Shown here: piece by piece, positions 1-13,282 of the stretch
How positions within the stretch are numbered: position 1 is the first letter of the stretch
Layout: every line of letters starts with the position of its first letter
Origin: Octopus sinensis
Taxonomy: Eukaryota
Assembly (NCBI RefSeq): GCF_006345805.1
Contig: NC_042997.1
Coordinates: 54,374,001 to 54,438,000 of the forward strand
Length of the DNA stretch: 64,000 nucleotides
Direction of reading: 5' to 3'
Program-made: the position numbers and the translations under genes
Notes under the pieces: model-generated
Database searches by the model: none
The model's input: only the letters and a program-made list of their open reading frames with translations
What the model was told of the DNA's origin: nothing

Positions 1-655
1 TCTGAAGTTTCTGACTTCATTTTTTTTTCCCCCTTCATTCATTTAGTATATAAAAATGACAGGCATTTCTACTCACATTCTGTTATTGTTTATTTTTTTT
101 TAAAGTTATGCATATTCTTACATTCTTTAACAGATGTGTCTGTATGTGTGTAGGTGTATATAATAAGTGTAAAGTGGAGTTTGTAGCATTATGTTGTAAA
201 ATAAACTCCACTCTTCACTTATTATTTATAATAATAAATGATAGGAGAGAATCTCTTTTATGCAATTTCAGATAGCCATTGATCACGAATGCTTTCTTCT
301 GTAAATGTCTGGATTTTCTAATTCCTTCTTGTTTACTATATATATATATATATTAAGGTAGCAAATTGGATGAAGCATTAAAGCGGTGGCTAGAGTACAT
401 TGTGGTATATTCATTCTGGCTATTTGTGCTCTTTGTTCCAATATCAGTTGGGTCAACGTTACCTTTCCTTGTTGGGGGTCAATAAAATAAAGTATCACTC
501 CTGTTCTGGTGTTGATTCTCTCCCTCCCCCCTCTCTCTCTCTCCCCTTTTTTTTTCTGGAAAAAATATTGGTCATAGTCAGAAAAGAAGAGGGATAGTAT
601 ATGCCCAAGACATGGTGTATATGCACATGATGTTTATGTGTGTGTGTGTGTGTGC

Positions 656-704
<49 letters not shown>

Positions 705-2905
705 GATATATCTGTTGGTCTTATCTCTTTTGAATTTGGTTCAAAGTAAACTTCTTCCCGATGTATTACAATACATGATACAGATATAGAATTTCATATT
801 TTCTTAAGACTTTTCACCTTCTTTTGTCAGAGGAAGTTCATCATAAGAAGTCTTAAATAATGTGTGTGTGTTTGTGTCAGTGTGCATATAAATTTAAGAA
901 ACTATCTTTCTGATTCAAGTAAATACTTCTGATATATTTGTTATATGTGCATAATTATAAATACTGGAGTGTATATGAAAGAACTTTTTCTTGGGGTGTT
1001 AGAATGCCCTGAGTACTTTGTGTTAAGTAGCTGTTGCAATTATCATTTATCTGGAAGTTGCTGTGTGTATCATGTGTAATCAACTTCATTGTATTGCTCT
1101 GTGTTTACTATTGTCTCTTGTTCATTATATCATGCTGTCCTTGAATCACAGTACCCTACAGAGACCACAGGCATAACAGTTTCTTAGCATTATCATTGAT
1201 CAGAAATTTGATCAATTAGTAAGTAAAGCTAATAATCAGAAAGTATAAATTAGATGCCAGTGAAAGATAATCTTAGTATTTGCAATTTAATCAACTGATC
1301 ATCACCTTATAGACTTTATAATAAATCATAGCTTTTGTATTATATGTAATATATGTATATAGCTACTAATATCATCCACAAAAGTAAGACATGATTTTTC
1401 TTCATCTTTCATTAAATCAACAGTGCATCTTCTCTACAATAATCGTTTTGAATGAAAATCCATTTATCCTGTCAAAAGTTTCTTGGTCTCTGTAGTCAGC
1501 TCTATACCATAAGGTATAATATAAACAAAAATGTAAAGCAATTATTTGTGTGTTCGTGGGAATGTTTGCTCTTCTATGCATGGGTTTACTTAGTTTATCT
1601 AAATAGTTTTTCTTTCTTTTAGATTAAGTTCTCAAAAGCAGCTTATTTCTCTAGATAGTTAATATCTTTACTATTTATGTAGTGGCTAAAACCATTTTCA
1701 TAAATTGGAATGTATATAGGAACTCTATATCACTGGGACCAAACATTTAATGTTCCTAATTGATTAAATGAGAAACTTTCTGACATGTTTTAGTGTGGGA
1801 CAAATTTGAACATGTCATATTTTTAATCTTTGTATTGTATTGATTTAAACAGTAGCTATTTATAAGCAGGAATCTGAATAGAATTATCTAAATAATTTCC
1901 ACATTTTTCAAACTAATAGAAATGTTTAAGAACATTTTACTTCCTTTTTGTTATGTAATTTTTATCAATTGAGTGCAATGTGTGTAGACAATTCTTTTTA
2001 AGACTTGCTCTACTTTTTCTGCTGGAATAGCTTTAATGTTGTATGTGTAAAAAAAAACATAAGGCAGAAGTATAAATATGTTCTTTTAAAATCAGTACAT
2101 AGCTTTATATAAATAAAATCCTAGAAATGAAGTTCTAGAAATAAAGTTGTACACAATAAGTCACATGAAAATTTTAGCCTTTGTTTCAAACACATAAATT
2201 TTAAAGTTATCTCTTGCCATTGCTTAGCTTTAGGATTTCTGTTTACTTAATTTCCCTCATGATATTACAGCACATTGGTGACACAATGAATCTGTAATGT
2301 CCTTACAATAATAACCATGAAAGTGACAGCATGGACAGAGGTTGGATGCTTGATGTTATAATTGTTCTCTAAAAATACAATGAACAAAAATATTAAACTC
2401 ATGAATATATCATGTGTTGATTATTTCATTTTTTTGCATTTATTTGGTTAAGATTTACCGAAATAACCCACTATCTAATGTATAATTATGTCAGTGTTAG
2501 AGAAAAAGATTTTAACTTAATCATTTTTAAGTTCGTGTGTGACTCAGCTAACACAGCTGTTATGTCTCAATTTTTGAAATAAGCTTGTCTTTTTATTGTT
2601 TATTCCAAAACAATGGAACTATACTTATAGTCTTTGCCAGACCTCTACATAGTGGTAAGAGACACATAGAACCTTATACTATTGAACCGGTATATTTAGC
2701 ATGTTAAGGAATGAAGAATCACCATGAAAGGCTATCTACTTAACAGATAGTTTTTTACAGTGGTCCAGAATGTGTGTATATGTGTTTGGGGCATCAACCT
2801 AGGTGTGACAAACTGCTCTGGAATGCAGAAAACGAAATTTAAACTTAGTTTAAATTTCAGCAATTGAAATGTTATAGTTCTATATTTAAGAGATGAGGAA
2901 TTATG

Positions 2906-3363
2906 TACATTATTTACATTTGATGGATATTTGTCCTCATCTTGTTTGTTGTTAACACAATGTTTCGGCTGATATACCCTCCAGTCTTCATCAAGTGTCT
3001 TGGGGAAATTTCAAACCTGGGTTCTCATTCCTAAGGTATTTTTTTATGTTATTATTATTCAGGTCACTGCCTAGAATCGAACTCGGAATCTTGGGGTTAG
3101 TAGCCCACACTCTTAACCACTACACACACCACAGCATATAGCATAGTGGTTAAGAGCGTGGGCTATTAATCCCAAGATTCCGAGTTAGATTCCAGGCAGT
3201 GATCTGAATAATAATAATAACATCAAAAAATACCTTAGGAATGAGAACCCAGGTTCGAAATTTCCCCAAGACACTTGATGAAGACTGGAGGGTATATCAG
3301 CTGAAACGTTGTGTTAACAAAAAACAAGATGAGTATAAATATCCATCAAATGTAAATAATGTA
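2906..3363. mobile_element. Head-to-head inverted pair of a tRNA-headed short element carrying a degenerate hammerhead-like motif (arms ~217 bp, 21-nt spacer)
   Basis: 2906-3122 is the near reverse complement of 3144-3363. A-box-like TAGTGGTTAAG and B-box-like GAGTTAGATTCC (GAGTTCGATTC in the left arm) lie at the inner ends. ACAC-TTGATGA-A-GACTG..CAGCT-GAAACGTT-GTGT at 3271-3314. Confidence 0.8.
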
Positions 3364-5384
3364 ATTAAAATACTCTTGACTGCTATAATAATCTGCTGTA
3401 TATAACATTACAAACACCTAAGCTGAAGACTTCAATTAATTAACATCCTATATTAATATACATACATTCACACATTTTATTTATTTTCTGTCTCTTTTGA
3501 CTGAGATGTTACTATTTCTGGATTTTGTTTTGGGCATTAATTCACTGTGTCCAGTTCTATGTTCTATTGTGCCAATATTTTTTAATTTCACAGAACATCA
3601 TTTTAATTAAATGTTTTTGTTGAAACATTATGGAAATTGTTCAGATTTTGTTGTTGTTTTTCTTACAATTTCTACCAAATGTGTTTTATTGAAAGGTAGA
3701 GCTTTCAAATATGTAATTACTATAAAACGGTTCTCTTGAAATTTTGTTTCATTTAAGTTATGTGGAAAAGTTCTGTTACTTTCTGTATGCATGTTAGTGA
3801 ATGTTTTTAAAATCTTTTACAAAAATGTAAAAGAAACAAAATTTCAAAGAATCATAAATAAAATTTCATGAACTGTTGAACCTTTAAATTCTGTATTTGA
3901 TGTTAGATACACTTAAAGTAAGGATCATTATTATAAATCCTCTCTTGTTATAGGAGAAGCTCACACTGATAAGGTTATAAGTATATGTATTTAGATATGA
4001 GTTCCAGTTTCCATAATAAAACAGTAAGTTTGAAGATTCAGTAGCTATGGGAATAGTAAATTGCTCATGATGTACATGTTTATTAATTAGTTGGTTAATG
4101 ACATTTGTTTAAATATCATGCTATCAGAAAAATGACTCATTTACTGGACTAACCCCTTTTTTTAAATAACAAAAGGAAATCTAATTGACAACTTAAAGTG
4201 GAAGGTTAAGGTGTAATAGAATGGCAGACTGACTATTTTGCTGTATCTGATAGAGTACATTGTCATTACATTCCTTTTACATCTGTATTTCCATACTGGC
4301 ATCAGCTGAACAGGTTGTCATGGATCAAGCTGGTACTTTTTAAGTGAGTCAGAGATTATGTCTCACTTGTGCATTTCATTTTGACATGTTGTCTGTAACT
4401 GGATGTCTTTCCTATCATGAACCACTTTTCAGAGAGTAGTACCCAGAATTTATCATAGAGAAGTTACCTTGTCCTCAGCAAGACTAAAGAATCTTCTCTG
4501 TTCTATGTTGACAGCACCAAAAATTTAGAAAAGTGATAACAAATGATCCGAGCAAGAACGTGATGGAAGAAAATGAGAGAGAGAAAATCGCATGATGGTT
4601 GTTGATAATGAAATTTAATAGAAACCACTTAAGTGGCATGATAGAAGTATAAGTGATAGGAAGGAAATAGAGTAATAGAAGGGGAATACTAGAAGTGAGA
4701 GATATGGAAAAGGGTTAGTATTTTCTTCCATTTTTAAAATGGAAGGGATTAATGTAACAAGGACTGGCTGTTATTTCTACTTGCTTAGAAATGCAGCATA
4801 AATTAACTTAATTCTGATACCAATAAAGACAAATTAAAATAAACAAGGCATGATGATTGATATATTATTATTATTTATTAAAGAATATATGAAAAGACCT
4901 TGAATCAGTCAGATATTAGGCCTTACACAGAATCTTAAAGGATAATCAGTTAATCTGTTTATCTTTGCAGGACAGGTTAACATTTATTACTTTGAATGAT
5001 TTGATCTTCATTTTTCATTCATCTAGAGATGCCTTCAGAAGCAATTGTAGGCCCTGTTCCAATAAATACAAGGGAAACTATAATAATGAATGTACCATTT
5101 TTAACAAATAGGTTTGCTGCTACAGTCTTGGGAACTATTTTGACACTTCAATTTTTTTTAGTTTATCAGCATGAAACAAAATTCATTAATCATGTCAAAA
5201 ACGTTCAAGAAATTGGCAAATTTGAGGTTGGGTAAACTATAGTATTTGGTAAGTTGTGTTACTGTGAGAAGCAACAATGTATATAAGTAAACCTGAATAA
5301 ATTATATTTATATGGTGGTACAAAGCCACCTCCCCATCACCTAGCATAAAGCCACCTCCCTCAGTTAAAGTGCCTTGTCTCATT

Positions 5385-5580
5385 ACTTGGTGATCTTGCT
5401 GATGTCACATAAAAAGCGTCCAGTACTCTCTGTAAAATAGTTGGCATTAGGAAGGACATCCAACCATAGAAACTATGTCAAAGCAGACAGTAAAGCTTGC
5501 ACAGCCCTCTGGCTCTCCAGCTCTTGTCAAACTGTCTGACCCATGCCAGCATGGAAAGTGGATGTTAAATGATGATGATG
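5385..5580 (+). mobile_element. Short interspersed repeat sharing the RTE-LINE 3-prime tail, ending in (GAT)n
   Basis: GTTGGCATTAGGAAGGACATCCA...CCATGCCAGCATGGAAAGTGGATGTTAAATGATGATGATG, the same motif set as the copies at 29640 and 32068. Confidence 0.7.
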
Positions 5581-5643
5581 AATATAATATATTCATTTAT
5601 AGATACAAGCATGGCCATGGTTAAGATATTTGCTTCTCAAGTA

Positions 5644-5942
5644 AGTGGTTTCAGATTCAGTCCCACTGTGTGGTACCTATTATAGCCCCAGAAACAGAAC
5701 CAAGACTGAAGCATTCAATACTGAATGTGCTTCATCAACTTGGCCACTCCCATGATGTAACAGCTACAAATTAAATCATTATATCAAGATTAGAACATTA
5801 ATCTAATGTCTATTTATACGTCTTTTAAGCCATCATAGGAGTGGCCAAGTTGATGAAACACATTCAGTAGTGACTGCTTCAGTTTTGGCTGTTTCTGGGG
5901 CTATAATAGGTCCAACACAGTGAGACTGAATCTGAAACCACT
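5644..5942. repeat. Inverted repeat, arms ~5644-5757 and ~5831-5942, 73-nt spacer; third direct copy at 6458-6552
   Basis: AGTGGTTTCAGATTCAGTCCCACTGTG...TTGGCCACTCCCATGATG versus CATCATAGGAGTGGCCAA...GACTGAATCTGAAACCACT. Confidence 0.85.
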
Positions 5943-6029
5943 CACTTATGACATACCTGAATAGTTTGTGGTAAGAAGGGCATCAAACTGTAAATTAGTT
6001 CCAAGCACATGCACACATTTGGCACATAT

Positions 6030-8215
6030 CAGCATCACCACCATCATCATTTTGCATCCATTTTCCAAATTGGCATAGGTTGGATGCTTTGTCACAGTGT
6101 TAGTCATTCTTATTCAGCATTAATGTCCTTGTGCACAAATTGGAGGCCCAAGTTTTGTTTGTGCATTTCATTTTTGGCTTGGTTACTATGGCTAGATTAC
6201 CTTTCCTAACATCACTTCCTTTACAGAGTATACTGGGTGTATGTTACTGTGGTACCAGTACTATGTATCCTCCACTCAATTCACCAATTACTTTACTGTA
6301 TGTGCATTTTATTGTGGTACCAGCACATGTGAAGTCATCTTGTAATTTACCAGGCTAAAGAGGCCCCCACAACTCTGAGAGGGAGAACAGAAGAGAATGT
6401 GATGTAAGTTGAGCTTAAGATGAGATATTGAGAGAAAATCAAATTTGATCAGAGGAACAGTCCCACTGCGTGGTACCTATTATAGCCCCAGAAACAGAAC
6501 CAAGATTGAAGCATTCAATACTGAATGTGCTTCATCAACTTGGCCACTCCCAGGAGAGAATAACATAAGACTGTACCGGTGGGAGTAATAGGGAGGAAAT
6601 GGTGGTGTCAGTATTAGTAGGAGAGAGAAGAGTGATTAGGATTATATGAAGGGTTGAATAGAAGGAGATCTCATACTATCCCACATTATATGGGTGAAAT
6701 GACAGGTGAGGTAGGTGGTGATGTTGCATGACAGGGAGAGACAGATGAGAGCAAACTATTTCAATGATGAGGAGACGCCATAGGGAAAGGGTCACTGAAA
6801 GAAAGAAAGGCATGAGGGTGTCATAGAAGAAGTGAGGACAAGAGATGGGAGCAGCCCCATTACAGCATTCTCTTTGCCATACTCGTACAGGATTGCAGAT
6901 GTTTCCAGCACTGCATGTTACTAATTTTTGTGGACTCCTATCATCATTTTTGTGAAACATATCTTGAAATCAATTTCCACTACTTTATCCCAAGTATTTC
7001 TAGATTGTTCTATTCCATATGTTTTATTCACTTTGAGTGCTAATCACTTTTTTTACAGTTATTGTCATCCATACTCAACACACACCCATATTAACACTGT
7101 GTTCTCTCTTGCACACTGCATCTGATTCCTTCCATGTTTAGCTTTTCTCTCAATTTGTTTATTCCCCATTCGTGCACACTAACTTCATACGTCCCACAAA
7201 ATATGATTAATTCATTCCTATCTAGTTCATACAAGTCCTTGTGCATTTTGGTCCATATCACATTACCATGCAGCATTCTCACACACATGCATTCTACAAT
7301 CTGACCTTCATCTGAAGGAGTGGCTCTTTGTTACTTGCAGTAAATGTTCCTGAACTTTTCAAACTCATTCTTAGTCTGGCTATCATGCCTTCAGAACACT
7401 CACCCTTGCTACTAATTAGATCACCTAGGAAACAAAAACTAGTGACTACTTCTAGTGAGCCTTCTGAGTATTTAAGATAATCTATTTCTTAAGTGATATT
7501 TGTGCTTAATTTCTCTGTGCATCTGTCACATATTAAGGATGCCTTGACTGTTAGCCTGTCTGTGAGCCCAGTATATCTCTAGTACAGCCATTATCAACAC
7601 TAAGCACACTGTTTAAAGTTCCTACCTTTTCCTTTTCTGCATACCAAACACAGCCATTTTCTTGATAGCAGCAGCGTTGTCTTTCTCTTGATGTAACAAA
7701 ATTTTAGTTTTGGCAAAGTTTACTTTAAGGTTTATCAATTTTTTGGTTTGCTTCCATGTCTGGAGTTTCTTCTCCAAATCTTTCACAGATTCTGCTTTAT
7801 AAACAAGGTCATCAACGTAGAGGAATTCTTGTGGATATCCAGTTTTAAACTCCTCATTTGTGACTTGGAGGACTGCTATAAACAGGGGGAATGGGGAGGA
7901 CTGAGCCTTAACGAACTCCTATCTATGTACTAAATTCATCACTGAACTGATTGTTATCTCTCATCTTGCTGCCTACATCCCTGTACATAGTTTGTTTGAC
8001 TCTCACAAACCATTCATCAACCCCTAGCTTCCTTAACACTCACCAGATGAGAGAATGAAAGACCTGCTCCAGGTCAATGAATACCAAGTATAAAGACTTA
8101 CTCTTTGCTAAATAATTCTCCTGAAGTCATCACACTAAAAAGATGGCATTTATGGTACCTGTCCCTGGCACAAACCTGAACTGCATCTCATCCAAGCTAA
8201 TCCTATCCCTAATCA
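6030..8215 (-). mobile_element. Decayed RTE-type LINE (RT through 3-prime UTR and (GAT)n tail)
   Basis: Reverse strand reads LDEMQFRFVPG, MLHG, a Cys-rich stretch and TWDKVV-like end, collinear with the + copy at 33943-36078; many stops; (CAT)n near 6033-6050. Confidence 0.75.
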
Positions 8216-10302
8216 GTTTTATCTGCTTTAGAAAAGTTATTCATGGTAACTCAGGTTGCCCATGAACTTAACTAAGACATTTATGTGAGAGGCTTCTGCA
8301 CAGTTTTCATCAAACAAATCCCACCCACAAAGCACTGGTCACAATCAGGGTAGAAAATGTATGACCAATGTGCAATGCAGTGGGATTGAACTTGTTAACC
8401 ACTGAGCCATGCCTGCATCTGTTTGAACCAAGACTACCTTCAGCCTTTACATTTTGTTGGGGAGGGAAGAGTGGTAGGTAACTCAATGAATAAAGCATTG
8501 GATTATCGACTTAAAGATAAGTAGTTCACATACTGTCACAGATGGTGCATTGTAACTGCAGTCAAAACAACATCTAACCTACAAATGTTTCAGTCCACCT
8601 TGCTATAATTAAGCACCAAACAATACAGAAGAGGAAAGAAAATTACTGCTGTTGTCTGGTAACAAAGAGTGGAAAAGTTCATTGCTCATGATGTTTAAAT
8701 TCAAGTCAACCCTGATCCAGAATACCTAGAGTAAAAAATGTTCCAGCTATGACCATTTTGTCTTTTGGAGAAAGACTGTTTAATACTACAGTATTTAATG
8801 TATCCTTTCCTTATTTAAGACAATAAAGTCTGACTTGAGGAAAATTTTCTTCCTATTTCTAGAAAGTCAAGTAACCATGTAGTAGTTCCCTCATGCTCAT
8901 TGTTGTAAGCAGTAGTGGTAGCACTGAAAAATTATTAGGTTGCAGTGTGTTGAAAACCTATCTCCTACTGTTAGTGTGCGGACACAGGCAAACACACGCA
9001 CATAGACAGAAAATTGATGTATAAAGGAATAAATCCACAGTAATAAAGAGCTCTACTAATAACGGGTTGTTGAAAACTCTGACAGTTTATTAAATTGTAG
9101 TAAATCTAAGTAGGACCAACTTGCATGCATATTTGTAATCTACTAGAATAGTTTTTAAGAGCAATACAATTAGCAGAAAAGCATTAATTTTATTTATAGC
9201 TCCCACTTTCTTGTATTCAACAGCTGTTTCATTAAGATAAATACCACCAAGTGTATAATTACATAATTAATTTTAAAACTTTGTTTATGCAAATCATCAG
9301 GAAAGTTATTTTATGTTAATCAGAAAACTTCCTGGTTTAAATATTTACATTGAGACAGAAAAAAAAAAAACAACACAAAGAAGAAGAAAAAACAACCTAA
9401 ATATATGGATGAGTAAAAATAGAAATACATATATGAGGTTTTCAAGCACCACCCACATCTTGGTGAAACTGACATCTAGAAGTATTGTCTGCATGTATAT
9501 GCAGAAATGGGCACCTTAGTCAAACTCCTCCAAACATATTTCCCCCTCCCCCCCACACCCCATCATTTCTTTCACTGTGATTCTCCCTTCTCCTTGAGAC
9601 CACTCTGTTTTCCTTGATACCTAGAACCATTTCACCAGTTAGACATTCTTTATCCATTAATTATTGTACTTTTCTACACCCACCCATATAGTGATTCATC
9701 CCCCCATCACTGACCCTTCAAATTATATCCCCTCATGCACAACACCTACATCTCTCTCTCCCTCTCTTTCTCTTCGTTTCTCCACACACACACACACACA
9801 CACACAAATCTTGTAGCCTATGCATCCACATGTCATTTCTCTCTTATCATCCTATTTTAGGAAAATAAAAATAAGAAATAAATGGAAATTTTACCAGTGA
9901 GTGTGTTAAATTATAAGGCACAAAAAGAAAATGACTCTCCCCAGACACAACAGAATATTTTATAACACATTTTCAAAAATGAATTTTTGTCAGGATTAAA
10001 ATATAAATTGGATATTGTGTTACCAGTGAGCAAAAGCATGACTGACAATGTTAGTTTTCACCTTCTTTTATAATTTTCATAAAAATTTAACACGAGAGGC
10101 TCTAGTCCAAACAAATATCTAAAACAAACCACATGCTGGAAGGAATACTATAAGAAAGTAAGGATAATAAACATGCACAAATTTAGTTTCTCTTTGATTT
10201 ACATAATCAACTGGGTTTTTTTTATTATTTTGGCATTAAATACCAAAGATTTGCTGAAGTTAGAGAAAAATTAGATAAGCATGATCTATTGGATGTGTAA
10301 TA

Positions 10303-10520
10303 TTGGTTTCAAATTTTGGCACAAGGTCAGCTATTTCAGGGGAGGGTATAAGTTGTTTACATCGACCCCAGTGCTCAGCTGGTACTTATTTTATTAACTT
10401 CAAAAGGATGAATGGCAAAATCAACCTCAGTGAAATTTTAAATCTGAACATGAAGATGGATGAAATGTCATTAAATATTTTGCCTGGTGTGTGAATGCTT
10501 CTGTCAGCTTGCTACTTTAA
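10303..10520 (-). mobile_element. SINE copy, same family as 51293-51482
   Basis: TTTCAAATTTTGGCACAAGG...ATCGACCCCAGT...AAAGGATGAATGGCAAAATCAACCTC is the diverged reverse complement of the 51.3-kb element. Confidence 0.65.
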
Positions 10521-11454
10521 TTGGAGGTATAATATTAATCTGTATGGAAGATGGAGATGAAGTTTCTAAGTTCTTATGATGTAAACACCATACAATTCTC
10601 TTTGGTAAAAACAAAGCTTCTGCAATGAATGGGGAAATTCAAAAGATTGCTTTGATACAATGGTAGAATATCTATCAACTTTACAAAAGATGTGAATTTG
10701 TATCCCATCCCATGGGCAGCCTTTGATGTTTTCCATCCAAAGGATTTTTTAAACCTAATATTTACACTATTTACACCCTATTAATTATAGCTTTATCTAC
10801 TTTAGCTACTAAATTTCAATCATTAAAACTGATTTATACTATATGATGTTTGGAAGAAAGATGACTTGAATTGGTATAAATAAGTGATGTGAATGGATTA
10901 CAAATACTAGATGGGAAGAAGAACCATATGCTTTTAATGGGAGGTTTAACAACAGGTACAACAAGAAAAAATATGGAATGAATGTAAGGTTAACTTTCTA
11001 AATGCCAAATTTCACAGATGAAATGACAAAAATAACTAAGAGTGGCATCAGACTTGGTGAATCCATGGAGTAATGAAAACAGTTATTAAAACATTGGTGA
11101 TAACGAGGATAAATGTAAATATCAATTTTACCATCAAGTGTTCCAGATTTTGTGACCTCATCTTACAATTAAACTTCCCCAATAACTTTTGCTTAATAAA
11201 ATATTCGTTTTGTATGACAAAGTTTAGAAAAAGGGAGAAAATGAGGAAGTTGATTCTTGTTTTTCTTCAAAAAAAGAAAAAAATGTTTAAAAATATGATT
11301 GGGTGAAAAGATTTCAACCAAGAAGCAAAGGTGTATTTGAATTCAACCCACTTGGAATTCATCTCTACTTTTACAGTGTTTTTAAGAAATGATAGATATC
11401 AGCTTTAATAACATAATTATATAGCCTCAAATTTATAAAGGAAAACAAAAGGAG

Positions 11455-13220
11455 AAAGCCTTTGACAAGGTCCCTCACTCACTCATTTGTCGAAAGCAGG
11501 GATAGATAAATAGCTGGTGAGAGCTGTCTTCATCATGTACAGAGGTACTGTCAGTAAGGTGAGAGTTAGAACTGAATAAAAGCAACAAATTTAGTGTACA
11601 GGTATGAGTTCACCAGCACTTAGTTCTAAGTTCCGTCTTATTCATCATAATCTTTCCAGCCATAACAGATGAGTTAACGCTGGTTGCCTGTGCAATCTCT
11701 GTGCTGATGACCATGTTCTTAGAACTGAATCTGTGGTAGAATTAGAAAGGACATTCCAAGTGTATAAGCAAAACCTAGAATCAAAGAGTCTTAAAGTTAA
11801 CTTAGTAAAGACCAAAATTCTAGTAAGCAGGAAAACAAACAAACCACTAATCCCTTCAGGAAAATACCCCTGCTCATTGTATAGAAATGGTGTAGATAGA
11901 AAGTTCATTCAATGTACCCAGTGCAAACTATGGACACATAAAGAGGTACAGTGGAATCACAAGAAGATTAAGAGAGAAAATAGACTGTTTGTGGTAGATG
12001 CACAGGAACAATGAGCACTTAGAACACACAGAAAATATATTTTCTCGGATGCCCAGGAGGGTCCTTAGAAGCAGTACATATTTCTACCACCTATAGTGGA
12101 GGAAGTTGTTCTAAAAGTATAATTGTCAGAATAAGAAAAGAACAGAGAATGTACAGAATGATGTTACTTCTGTTTGCAACAAAAGTTCTCTCTCTCAAAG
12201 AGAAAGGCAGATTGTGTGATACTTGTGTACAAACAGCAATGCTACATGGTAGTGAAACAAAGGCTGTGAATGCAGAAGACATAAGATGGCTTGAAAGAAA
12301 TGAAGCTAGCATGTTCCACTGGACATGCAACATCAGTGTACATGTAAGACAAAGTGTAAATGTGTTTGAGAGAAAAGTGGACATAAGAGGCATCAGATGT
12401 GGTGTGCAAGAGAGGGGACAGTTCTGATATGGTCATGTGATGTGGATGAATGAGGACAGCTGCACAAAGAAGTGTTGACTGCTAAATGTGGATGGAATCT
12501 ATGGAAAAGGAAGACCCAGAAAGACGTGGAACAAAGTGGTGAAAAAATGATGCTGGGCTTCACAGAGAAAATGATAAGGACAGAGATGATTGGCATTTGC
12601 TGCACTTAAGAAGACCTGTTCATCTAAGCAAAAATGAGGTCCTAAAGGTCTTCTTCTCAATTCATCTTCCTAACCCCCTCACCTACACTCATGTTCACCA
12701 CTCACTGCATTCCTCCTCCCCTCCACCTCCTACTCTTCTTTTGCATTCTTACAAGCTTCCCTGCCCATTTGCCCTGTCCAACCCTCTGTACCTATTCACT
12801 TATATTCACCTCTCTGTAACTTGAGGGTACACCCTAACACATCTTCACCACCATTTTCTCTTTCTCTCTTCCTCCTCTCCTTTTTCTCTTCTAACAGGGA
12901 TAGCCAGGTATCTCTTCAACAACAAGAGACTTGTTTCAGTTCCTCTATCATACTCCAACACCTCATCACCTGGCACAAAGCTACTTCCCTTAATACGACT
13001 CCTGCCTCAGTCAAGAGAGCTTGTCTTGCAAGTTACTTGGTGAGCTCACTGCTGTTGATGCAATGTAAAAAGCCCTGAGTACACTCTGTAAAGTGGTTAG
13101 CATTAAGAAGGGCAACCAGCTGTAAAAATCATATCAAAATAGAGAATAAAGCTTGGTTCACCAGCCCATCAAACCGTTCAACACACACCATCATGAAAAA
13201 TGAACGTTTGATAGTGAAGA

Positions 13221-13281
<61 letters not shown>

Positions 13282-13282
13282 G
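11455..13282 (+). mobile_element. Decayed RTE-type LINE (RT fragment, Cys/His-rich insert, 3-prime UTR, (GCT)n(GAT)n tail)
   Basis: KAFDKVPHSL at ~11457, CADD at ~11701 (degenerate YADD), LKVNLVKTKIL, CTQCKLWTHK, KGRLCDTCVQTAMLHGSET; tail motif at 13030-13282. Confidence 0.85.

Noticed and set aside
1-2880. Possible 3-prime UTR or intron of an upstream gene
   Set aside because: No coding exon or diagnostic motif found; AATAAA hexamers are uninformative in AT-rich DNA.
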